NCBI GenBank assembly: GCA_951406725.2 | Contig: OX597818.1 | Location: 70,122,001-70,186,000, forward strand | Reading direction: 5' to 3' | Length of the DNA: 64,000 nucleotides | From: Octopus vulgaris | Lineage: Eukaryota | Shown: positions 52,565-64,000 of the stretch, piece after piece | How positions within the stretch are numbered: position 1 is the stretch's first letter | Layout: every line of letters begins with the position of its first letter | The notes under the pieces: generated by a model | What the model saw: the letters and a program-made list of their open reading frames with translations, nothing else | Database searches by the model: none | What the model was told of the DNA's origin: nothing | Position numbers and translations under genes: made by a program

Positions 52565-54346
52565 CCCGATCCCTTATCTGGTGGTCAATGAGGAAACTAG
52601 GGATAGATAAATTGTTAGTGAGAGCTGTGAAAGCCATGTACAGGGAAGCTGTAAGGAAGGTGAGGGTTGGCAATGAGTACACTGAAGAATTCAGGGTAGA
52701 GGTAGGGGTCCTCAGCCCCCTCCTATTTATCATAGTCCTCCAGGCGATAATGGAGGAATTCAAGACAGGATGCCCCTGGGAGCCCCTCTATGCTGATGAC
52801 CTTGCTCTAATTGCTGAGTTACTATCAGAACTGGAGGAGAAGTTTCAGGTGTGGAAGCAAGGATTAAAGTCAACGTAGCTAAAACCAAAGTCCTAATAAG
52901 TAGTAAGGCAGGCAAACCACAAGTCCCTTCAGGTAGATGGCCCTGCTCAATCTGTAGTAGAGGTGTAGGTAGAAACTCTATAAGATGTACCCAGTGTAAG
53001 CTGTGGACACATAAGAGGTGCAGTAATATCAAAGGAAGGCTAACTAGGAAGATAGTTTTTGTATGTGGCAGATGCTCGGGTGCAATAAATGCTGACAATG
53101 CACAGAGAACAACTTCCGCCACATTCCAGGGAGAAAAACTAGAAGTAGTTGATAGGCTCCATTACCTAGGTGACTAAGTCAGTAGCGGGGGAGGGTGCTC
53201 TGAAAGTGTAGCTGCTAGAATAAGAATAGCTTGGACAAAGTTTAGAGAGCTCTTATCCCTGCTGGTGACAAAGAGCCTCTCGCTCAGAGTAAAAGGTAGA
53301 CTGTATGATGCATGTGTACAAACAGCCATGCTACATGGCAGTGAAACATGGGCCGTGACTGCTGAGGACATGTGTAAGATCACAAGGAATGAAGCCAGTA
53401 TGATCCGATGGATTTGTAATGTCAGTGTTCATACTCGACAGAGTGTAAGTACCTTGAGAGAAAAGTTGGACCTAAGAAGCATCAGATGTGGTGTGCAAGA
53501 GAGACGACTGCACTGGTATGGTAATGTAGTGAGAATGGATGAGGACAGCTGGGTGAAAATATGTCACACCCTAGCGGTTGAGGGAACCTGTGGAAGAGGT
53601 AGACCCAGCAAGACCTAGGATGAGGTGGTGAAGCATGACCTTCGAACTTTAGGCCTCACCAAAGCAATGACAAGTGACCGAGACCTTTAGAAATACGCTG
53701 TGCTTGAGAAGACCTGGCAAGCCAAGTGAGACCATAACCTCGTGGCTTGTGGCAGGGCCATAACCAGCCCACTTGTGCGTACCTTTTCCTTCTTTGGACA
53801 CTAAACTCTGCTTGTGAAGACCTGTTGAGGCAAGTGACATTCGATCACGAGTGCCATACGAGCATGATCATTGACAGAGTGGCTAGCCGGCTTCCGTGCC
53901 AGTGGCACATAAAAGGCACCATTCAAGTGTGATCATTGCCAGCCTCGCCTTACTGGCACTTGTGCCCCGTGCTAGTAGAGTGCTAAGAGCACCATCCGAG
54001 CGTGATCGTTGCCGGAGTGGCTAACTGGCTTCCGTGCCGGTGGCATGTAGGAGGCACCATTCGAGCGTGATCATTACCAGCATCGCCTTACTGGCACCTG
54101 TGTCATTGGCATGTGGAAAAAAATTTGAGCGAGGTCATTGCCAGTACCACCTGACTAGCCCCCATGCCAGTGGCACATAAAAGCACCCACTACACTCTCG
54201 GAGTGATTGGTGTTTGGAAGGGAATCCAGCTGTAGAAACTCTGCTAGATGAAGACTGGAGCTTGGTGCAGCCATCTGGTTCGCCAGCCCACAGTCAAACC
54301 ATCCAACCCATGCTAGCATGGAAAGCGGACGTTAAATGATGATGAT
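52565..54346 (+). mobile_element. RTE-clade LINE, 5'-truncated (RT domain C-half, Cys/His finger, 3' UTR, GAT tail); inactive
   Basis: FRVEVGV[QG segment deleted]LSPLLF...LYADDLAL, VNVAKTK, WPCSIC...C..C..WTHKRC...C..C, YLGD, HGSETW, WYG and RGRP motifs, with frameshift and stops. ORF2 ends near 53729; the UTR has tandem subrepeats; possible 8-bp TSD atacatat (52557-52564 / 54345-54352, low complexity). Confidence 0.95.
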
Positions 54347-55255
54347 ACATATGCTGCCATTGAAAATGAATGTTAAAAGAGGAGGAGGAGATGATGATGA
54401 GGAGGATGGGGGATGTATAAAGGCATGCATATTTTTCCATACATGCGTGTGTGTGCATATATATATATATATATATATACATATATTTATGTATTTCTGA
54501 GTACCTTATTTCTTCTAATATATATATATATGTATATATAAACATACATACACATATACATATGTGGAAGAGATCTGCACAGATAAAAACTGGGGGAGTC
54601 TATTGAAAGGTGCCAATTTCAGCCAAGACTTCACAGCACAGACATGTGACGTTTGTCTCACAAATCTCAACAAACAGAGCTGACAGCCATTTTGAATGTG
54701 AAGAGGTGGGGGAGCGATTTGTCAGTTGCAGAGCTTGAAGCAGGGAATAGGAAATACAAGAGGAAGAAAGATTGTTGTAGATTGTGAGAGTTTATAGTTT
54801 GGGAAATGAGGAAGGAAGAGGAGAAGAATAATGGTTAGGATGATGATGATGATGACTGTAGTTGAGGTGGGGCAAAGGTAAAAAGTTTCACTAATTTACA
54901 GGAGTGACTGCCCCAGCTGGCACCACCAAAATTACAAGAGATGTTCAGACAGCTGAAGATGGCATTGAAAGATGAAGCAGTTTGGAAGAATTTGTCAGAT
55001 TTTGGTGGATTTATTTTATAATATTTTCCCGTGTTATAATTATGTTCCATAATGAAGAGTGATGGCTTGATTTAGCGGGTATTTAGTTACAATTCTTTAT
55101 GTTGTGAGTTCAGTCCCTTCTAGTGGCATTGCCAAAAAATCACCAGGAATATGATACAGTCTTTGGATCTGTCAGATCTTGTTAAACTGTCCGATGAAGA
55201 AAGAACACTTTTTTATAAACAAACTTAGCAGCGCCAAATGAGTCGGTATTTTACT

Positions 55256-55549
55256 GAAAATAAAGGCAATCGCAAATGCAGGATACCGGTGAAAATAGCT
55301 GAGATGATCAGGTAAATACTCTGAAAAGACAGAAATACCCTTAGAAGATCAGAAAAAGTGGGCAGGAAGCTGCTACAGAGAATCGAGTGGTACAAGGTTT
55401 GATTCTCAGTAGGGGCTTGCTAACCACTTTTTCTGTCTTCTAAACCTACTTACCTGATTTTCTAAAGGTATTTCTGTCATCTAAGGGTATTTACCTGATC
55501 TTCTATACTGTTTTACCACCATCCTGTGTTTGAGATTTCCTTTATTTTC
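55256..55549. repeat. ~295-bp imperfect palindrome (foldback/MITE-like)
   Basis: Nested complementary blocks: gaaaataaagg/cctttattttc, gatcaggtaaatac/gtatttacctgatc, gacagaaatacc/ggtatttctgtc, agaaaaagtgg/ccactttttct and gagaatc/gattctc, centred near 55392. Confidence 0.8.
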
Positions 55550-56067
55550 TGTCCAATGAAGTAAATGGACATCAAAAACCAGTTCCATAAAAACCTGTGA
55601 CTTTGGTGCCAGTGTGAGAAAGGATTCTCTTTCTAAAATGTTCTGTACCATATTCTGTTGGGTAATACCGAAGGGTAGAGATTATATTGGTGAATATGAT
55701 GTAAAACCAAAAGAACTGAGGACTAAAACTTGATTGCAAGTTCAGAGATTTAGGTTCCTGAATTCCCATGTTATTGGGTTCTAATTCTTACTTTGAGCTC
55801 ATTGAGGGCTTTGTACCTCTTAAGGTACAGTGGTACAATGTGCCTGGTGGCTGGTTCTCCAGAAATACCAAAATAAAATATAAGACAAAATAAGAAGAAA
55901 ATATTCAGAAACAAAGAATGACCACTGATGATGATGATGTTCTAGTGATACCCCTTGATAAGATGCTAAACTTTTAAAATAAATATTCCCCAAGCAATCC
56001 TTAAGAAGCTCATTGTGAAAAGCAGTGTATTACAGTATCTGATGATTTGGTCAACACAGGGATATGG

Positions 56068-56110
<43 letters not shown>

Positions 56111-56148
56111 TTGCAAGATTTTTGATGTGAAATCGTGTGTTGAAACAG

Positions 56149-56433
56149 ATATTGTTGTATTTAGGAATGGTCATTTTGCCAGTTTAGCCAATACAATAGG
56201 AATACAAAATACAAAATGAAAATGCTGACCGTTGCTAAGGAGAGACACACAAATAAGAAAGAAGAAAGCAAAGGACCACTGATGAGGTCACAGAAGTGTG
56301 ACAAAAGAACTCTGACCAAAATAAGATTAATATAAAAAATAAATAACACTGAAGCAAAGTAACACCAAATATATAGTGCGTGTGTTTTTATTGGCTAAAC
56401 TGGCAAAATGACCATTCCTAAACACAACAATAT
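56149..56433. repeat. 45-bp inverted repeat (56149-56193 / 56389-56433, 1 mismatch) between (TA)n tracts; MITE or Penelope-like inverted terminus
   Basis: Arms compared directly. The interior contains ctgatgaggtcacagaagtgtgac, homologous to 37715-37750. Confidence 0.8.
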
Positions 56434-56444
56434 ATATATGTATG

Positions 56445-56478
<34 letters not shown>

Positions 56479-59269
56479 TATATATATACACGCATTTGTT
56501 ACAATGTTTGTTCTGTAATATATAGAGTACAGCCAGCCATCAGTGGTGGGCATGATTGATAGAATGTACCACGCTTGTGTTAAATGTATTAGGTTACTGT
56601 GAGTTGAAAGATGACATAGACATTCTCTTAGCCTGTCTCACTCTGGAGGCTGAGAAGCATTGAGTATGAGCAAACCGGAAACAGATGGAGGGCAACACTA
56701 GGCCTTAGGTGGTCTCTATTGACAGCTGAGTTGACTGGATCAATGACAAATGAAATGCTTTGCTTAAAGAAACAACACATGTTTCATCACTTCAGGAACC
56801 AGACACACACACTTACCATTGTAAGCCCTGCACTCTAACAGCCTGGTCTCACATTTCCTGTAAATCCATTGCAGAAGCATGAGATTTATCCAAAATTTTG
56901 TGTGTAATTGAGCTATGTTAGTTTCAGGCAAACAAATGATGCCTGTACAACCTGTCCCTGGTTAGAAAAGGAGAAATCAGTCTAAATTGTGATGGTCTTA
57001 TTTGGGATACTCATCAGGAACTAAGAACTTACCTGTTGTCTGTCTAGAGAGACACCATACATACAAACTTGTTTCTTTTTACTCATTTCAATCTTTGGAC
57101 TGTGGCCATGCTGGGACATTCATACATACATATATAATATGAAAACAATCACTACAATTAAATACGTTACTAAACCGGAAAACCCAATTTGCATAAATAG
57201 CGTAGTGTTGGCAACTAGTTTAATCAATTCATTAATTATTGATATGCTAAGCAGTATGTTTTTACCTTGTGTATCCAATTAAACCTTGTGTATCAATTAG
57301 TGTTGGCTAAAACTTGTACTGCTACAAGAGATTTGGTCTATGGTTCAATAACAAACTACTTAGTGTATCAATAGTTAATTACATTCAAATTACCAATCAT
57401 ATTTTCAGCTTAATTAATTCTCAGTTGTTAGGGGTTTAGTGTTTGTAGATTACCTTAAACAACTTGTTGTTTAGCCCAAGGTTAGCCCTGCCTGAGTAAA
57501 TCTGTGATCAAAGTTATTCCAGCCATGCCCATCATATCCTTCTTGTGATGTAGCTGCTATGTGCTTCCACACCATTTCCATCACCCCAATTTCACTTACA
57601 AGGCTTGGATCAGCTTATAGCTGTGGAGAAAGACACTTGTTAAAGCTACCACACAGCAGGATTGAACCCAGCACCTTATGATTGCAAAATGAACTTCTTA
57701 AGCCTTGTTGACCATCCTTGTCCAATCACAAACATTTCACCCATGACAAATCCAGTTCTTTAGAATGAGATTAACTTATGTATTTGATTGAAATGGAATC
57801 AGATCTTGTGCTTCATAACCCAATAAGTTTTGACGACTTTGACTTCACAATATAAACGATTCAGAACAAATCCTATTTACTGTACTCCACTGTCTTCTAT
57901 ATGATACATACACAGCTGAAACCTGTGCCTTCAAGAAATTGTGTCATTGACTCATTTTGAAATTATATATATATATACAATATATATGTATGGGTTTATG
58001 CTATATTTGCAGAGCATAATACTGTAATATGTGTTGAAAAGTAAGATAAGAGAAAAAGAAAAAATTTTTATGTTGGTTTTGGGTGCCTGTTTAGAAACAA
58101 ACAGAGTTAGGGGAAAGGATAAAAGCAAGAAAAACTAAAATGAGGGGTTAATAAGAGAGGGTAAAGAAAACTTGTGGGTTTAATTTCAAAGGATGAGATT
58201 AAGACCTTCCCCTAGGATACATAGGGATGGAGCTGATAGAGAGGTTTATAAAGAGTATAAAGGGTATATAAGTGGTTAAAGATATAGATGAGACCATTTA
58301 AAATTGGTCTAAATTCAAGCCCTGGATTTGCTACCATAAGAATTTAATAAGAGCATGGAATGAAAAATATTGAATTTGTTTAATATGAATGCATTTTATC
58401 AGCCCCACCCCACAAATGGGAGACATGATTTAATTAAACTGAAAAATCAAATCAAAATAATTAATTTCATCTATAATTACAACATTTAACTATGTAAACA
58501 CTTTCCTCTTTATTTCATTATTTCTCTTCACTTTAAATATCCAAACGTAATTATATATCAGAGGAAAAAATGCATGTATGTATGCACACACACACACGCA
58601 TACACACACACACACACAAAATGACACAGAGATAAACAAATAAACTGATAGATATATACGCATGTGTGTGAGTATATACACACATATATATATATACAAA
58701 CACACACACATATATATATATACATATATATATGTATGTGTATATATATATATATACACACATATATAAATGTGTGTGTGTGTGGATCAGCGAGTATTTG
58801 TGTTTACAGATGGGGAGAAGTAGTGAATATACAGTGTATATTTAAATACTACACACACACAAACACACACACATTGATTAAGCTAATGTATTTGGTCACA
58901 GCTGGAAGGCTGCTTTAAAATTTGCCCCTTTCAATGACTTTGCTATACTGTTATTGTATACTTTCTTTGCTATTATTATTATTATTATTTTTATTTTTAT
59001 TATTGTTATTATTCAGTTTTATTTAGTTTCATTGATTTTGAAACAACTTTAGTTTTTGTTTTAATTATACAAATATTTTTATTTTTCTTGGGGTTAATAT
59101 ACTTTATTTGGAGAATATAGATGACGAATTTTTAACAACAATTTTCTTTATGTCTTCTATTTTTCCTGTTTATTGTAATTTTTAAATGTTTTTCCTTTTT
59201 CATTTTTCATTTTTACTTAATGGAATGTGATAAACACTTTGCAATAAATTATACATCTGTTATCAATTT

Positions 59270-59308
<39 letters not shown>

Positions 59309-59706
59309 TACATTTACATATATTTATCTATACCAAGCTATTTAAGATTTTATATACATTTATATATATATATATATATACACATTTATAGATATACACA
59401 TTTATATATATACAGACACAAATATATATATATATGCACACATATATATACATATATATATACATACATATATATACACACACACACATATATAGAGAGA
59501 AAGAGAGGGAGAAGGAGAGAGTTGGGTGGATATAAGATATAGACAGATGTATTTCATATATGTGTGGTGTGTGTGTGTCTGTACTCATACATGCACAAAT
59601 ATACACATCATTTAATGTCCATCTTTCATGTTGGCATGGGAGTTGGGCACTAAATGATGATGATGATGGTGGTGGTGATGTATATGTATATATGTGTGTG
59701 CATGTG

Positions 59707-59773
<67 letters not shown>

Positions 59774-60071
59774 ATATATGTATATGTATTTATTTATGTA
59801 TTAAGAATAGCATTGGTTTCATGTTAAGAAAAATATAGTAATACCTTAACAGTTTTTCAAGCCAGTCCCATGGAGGGATGGTGTTCATCTCCATTTTGGA
59901 TGAAAACACAAAGAACCACAGAAATTCACAAAGTCACATAAAGGAAACAAGAAAGCAAGGGGCACTACTCTTGGATGTCACTAGTTTTTTTGCCAAAAGT
60001 CAAACCCAGGGGAGATGGTCACTGAAAGGGTGTCATCCAAAAGAGATAGCTAGACAGACAGACAGACAGAT

Positions 60072-60108
<37 letters not shown>

Positions 60109-60352
60109 TCATAGAGGTGCATCTCTGTTAAAGATGGAAGCTGAAGGGCTTGATGAATAATATTGACTCCAGGAATTATTCCATTCTGATACTTATTTCG
60201 TTATCAAGCCATGGAAAGCGTTTGCCAAATCCTATAAAGTCAGTTGCAAAGAATGTTCCTTGTCTCCTGTTTTTGTCTCCCTTTTCTCTCCGTTATGTTT
60301 TCGTTCAATTTTCGTCCATTTTCCCCTTCTCTGTCTAACTTTTGATAAATAA

Positions 60353-60707
<355 letters not shown>

Positions 60708-60719
60708 GTAGATAGATAT

Positions 60720-61102
60720 AGTTGTGGCTGCGGTAACACTTCCCAGCCACATGGTTCCAAGTTCAGTCCCACTGTGTGGCACCTTGGGCAAGTGTTTTCT
60801 ACTATAGCCCTGGGCCAACCAAAGCTTTGTGGGTAGGTTGGGAGACAGAAACTGAAAGAAGTTTGTCATATGCATGTATAAATCTATGTGTGTCTTTGTG
60901 CCTGGGTTTGTCTGTGTTTGACAACTGGTGCTGGTGTGTTTATGGCCCTGTAACTTAGTGGTTCAGCAAAAGAGACTGATAGAATAAGTACCAGGTTTAA
61001 GAAATAAGTCCTGGGGTTGATTTGTCTGACTAAAACACAAAACATTTTAAGGCAGTGCTCCAGCATGGACACAGTCAAAATGACTGAAGCAAGTAAAAGA
61101 AT
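60720..61102 (+). mobile_element. SINE family A, full length
   Basis: Colinear with 7352-7742 from the head (gtggctgcggtaa...gttcagtccc) to the tail (aagcaagtaaaagaa). Confidence 0.88.
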
Positions 61103-61344
61103 TAAGGTATTAAGGTATATATATATGTTTATGAATTTGTTCTGCAACAACCAGATTTTGTTTTATTTTGGGATGGTCATTTTTTTATTTACTTACTTAT
61201 TTATTTGACAGAGACAAAAACAAAAAGACTATTCCAAAATATAACATGTATATATATGTGTATATATATGTGTATATATATGTGTTTATATGTATGTATA
61301 TATATGTGTATATGTATGTATATATATGTGTATATTTATATATA

Positions 61345-62490
61345 AGGCTTCATCAGGCCCAGTCAGATCTGGCAGTGTTTCTACGGCTGGATGCCCTTCC
61401 TAACGCCAACCACTCCATGAGTGTAGTGAGTGCTTTTTTACGTGCCACTCGCACAGGTCCCAGACAGAGCTGGCAAACGCCCACGAACGGATGGTGCTTT
61501 TTATGTGCCACAAGCACGGGGGCCAGTCAAGGCTGGCAATGGACACGAACGGATGGTGCTTTTTACGTGCCACCGGCATGAGGCCAGTCGGAGCGGCGCT
61601 GGCAACGGTCATGAATGGATGGTTCTCTTACATGCCACCAGCACTGGTAACCTATCTGCAATTTCCATTGATCGATTTCGATTCTGATTCTCACTTGCCT
61701 CAACAGGTCTTCACAAGTAGAGTTTTGTGTCCCAAGAAGGGAAGGTATGCATATGTAGGCTGGCTCCATCCCATGTAGAAGGCCACGGGTTATGGACTCA
61801 CTTGTCCTGCTGGGTCTTCTCGCGCACAGCACACTTCCAGAGGTCTCGGTCTCTAGTCATTTCCTCAGTGAGACCTAAAGTTCGAAGGTCGTACTTCACC
61901 ACCTCGTCCCAGGTTTACCTGGGTCTGCCTCTTCCGCAGGTTCCCTCAACCGCTAGGGTGTGGCACTTTTTCACACAACTATCTTCATCCATTCTCGTCA
62001 CATGACCATACCAGCGCAAACATCTCTCTTGCACACCACAACTGATGCTTCTTAGGTCCAGCTTTTCTCTCAAGGTACTTACACTCTGCCGAGTATGAGT
62101 ACTGACATTACACATCCATCGGAGCATACTGGCTTCATTTCTTGCAAGCTTACGCATATCCTCAGCTGTCACGGCCCATGTTTCACTGCCATGTGGCATG
62201 GCTGTTCGTACACATGCATCATACAGTCTGCCTTTTACTCTGTGTGTGAGGCCTTTTGTCACCAGCAGAGGTAAGAGCTCTCTGAACTTTGTCCAAGCTA
62301 TTCTTACTCTAGCAGTTACACTTTCAGCACACCCGCCCCCGCTGCTGACTTGGTCACCTAGGTAACAGAAACTATCAACTATTTCTAGTTTTCTCCCTGG
62401 AAAGTGACGGAAGTTGGTCTCAGAGCATTTTCAGTGTTTATTGTTCCTGAGCATCTGCCACATACAAAAACCATCTTCCTAGTTAGCCTA
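61345..62490 (-). mobile_element. RTE LINE fragment (ORF2 C-terminus plus most of the 3' UTR)
   Basis: ORF 61915-62262 (GRLYDACVRTAMPHGSETW...RWYGHV...GRGRPR) is nearly identical to 53265-53618; the UTR matches 63030-63545. Confidence 0.93.
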
Positions 62491-62514
62491 TATATATATA
62501 TATATACATATATA

Positions 62515-62670
62515 CGATGGGCTTCTTTCAGTTTCCGTCTACCAAATCCACTTACAAGGCTTTGGTCATCCTGAGGCTATAGAAGAAGACACTTGTCTAA
62601 GGTGCCATGCAGTGGGACTGAACCCGAACCATTTGGTTCGTAAGCAAGCTAATTGCCACACAGCCACTCC
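62515..62670 (-). mobile_element. SINE family A head
   Basis: Reverse complement reads ggagtggctgtgtggcaa...gggttcagtcccactgcatggcacc...ggatttggtagacggaaactgaaagaagccc. Confidence 0.85.
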
Positions 62671-62887
62671 TAAGCCTATATATATATATATACTGGCACT
62701 CAGTCACTGATGATGACAAGGGTTGCAGCTGTTCCAATCTCAATGGAACAGCTTTTGTGAGATTAACGTGCAAGGGGGCTGAGCAATTCACAGACATGCA
62801 TGCTCCTTCATTAACTTCTCAGTGTGTCACAAGGCTCCAGCATATATAGATACATGTATGTATCTATATATATATAGAGAGAGAGAG

Positions 62888-63622
62888 AGGTAGACACAGG
62901 AAAACCTGGGACGAGGTGGTGAAGCACGACCTTCGAACTTTAGGTCTCACTGAGGAAATGACTAGAGACCGAGACCTATGGAAGTATGCTGTGCATGAGA
63001 AGACCCGGCAGGACAAGTGAGACCATAACCCATGGCCTCTACCTGGGATGTAGCCAGTCCACTTATGCATACATTTCCTTCTTGGGACACAAAACTCTAC
63101 TTGTGAAGACCTGTTGAGGCAAGTGGGAATCAGAATCAAAATCGAAATCGATCAGCATCAATGGAAATTGTAGCTGTGATACCAGTGCCGGTGGCATGTA
63201 AGCAAACCATCCAAATGTAGCCATTGCCAGTGCCGCCCTGACGGGCTCCATGCCGGAGGCATGTAAAAAGCACCATCCGTTCGTGCTGTTGCCAGCTCCA
63301 CCCGGCCCCCGTGCCGGTGGCACGTAAAAAAATACCATCCGATTGTGGCTGTTGCCAGCCTCACCTGGCCCCCGTGCCAGTGGCACGTAAAAAGCACCAT
63401 CCGACCGTGGCCATTTGACAGCCCCGTCAGGCACCTGTGCCGGTGGCACGTAAAAAAGTACCCACTACACTCATGGAGTGGTTGGCGTTAGGAAGGGCAT
63501 CCAGCCGTAGAAACATTGCCAGATCAGACTGGGCCTGGTGCAGCCTTCTTGCTTCCCAGACCCCAGTTGAACCGTCCAACCCATGCTAGCATGGAAAGCG
63601 GAGGCTAAATGATGATGATGAT
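62888..63622 (+). mobile_element. RTE LINE 3' end (last ORF2 codons, full 3' UTR, GAT tail)
   Basis: RKTWDEVVKHDLRTLGLTEEM...; five gtgcc.gtggcac-type subrepeats; ccatgctagcatgg; gatgatgatgat. Confidence 0.93.
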
Positions 63623-63627
63623 CTTCT

Positions 63628-63822
63628 TTTACATACCTCGGCTCTATTGTGTCTGATGATGCAAAATTTGAAAAAGATATCCAAAACAGAATCAATAAGG
63701 CAAGTGAAGCATTTGGTAAGTTGCGACACAGACTCTAGAACAGCCACGATGTGTCTCTGAAATTAAAAGTAGCAGTCTACAAATCTGTTGTTCTATCTAC
63801 TCTTCTGTATTGTGCCGAAATG
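63628..63822 (+). mobile_element. Fragment of a second RTE family (BovB/RTE-like RT C-terminal region)
   Basis: Frame FTYLGSIVSDDAKFEKDIQNRINKASEAFGKLRHRL*NSHDVSLKLKVAVYKSVVLSTLLYCAE (absent from the ORF track; contains a stop). Confidence 0.8.
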
Positions 63823-64000
63823 TACAAATTTGTAATTAAATTATTTGGTATTAATTGAAACGGCTGTAAGAAGCAAAGATGACCAATTTCTTAATAATAA
63901 ATAATTGTTAACTTCCTTATCTCCATTTTCTTCTCTTCTTTTAACTGGATATAAACTAAATGCTTAATATATACCTATTGTTTTAAGGGAATTTCATTCC

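Overview
AT-rich, microsatellite-dense eukaryotic non-coding DNA (intronic or intergenic). The repeat repertoire suggests an octopus/coleoid cephalopod genome, which is an inference from the SINE and LINE types rather than a database result. No host protein-coding exon can be supported; most ORFs in the track are microsatellite or tandem-repeat artefacts. The window holds many 5'-truncated RTE-clade LINE copies with (GAT)n tails, R4/Dong-like restriction-endonuclease LINE remnants, at least three SINE-like families, and inverted-repeat remnants resembling Penelope-type termini. It also holds a ~9.5 kb array of a 66-bp unit next to a 100-N gap, visibly grown out of the 3' UTR of the adjoining RTE copy. 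Most notable: (1) that LINE-derived array, with its higher-order periodicity and two CpG-decay variants, plus a second 26-bp minisatellite from the same UTR; (2) a near-canonical type I hammerhead ribozyme motif on the minus strand at ~45.3 kb, with decayed relatives at ~37.6 kb, ~37.7 kb and ~56.3 kb; (3) a strong recursive-splice-site (AG|GTAAGT) candidate on the minus strand at 15413/15414; (4) several long inverted repeats able to form dsRNA. Boundaries of degraded repeats were read by eye and are approximate.
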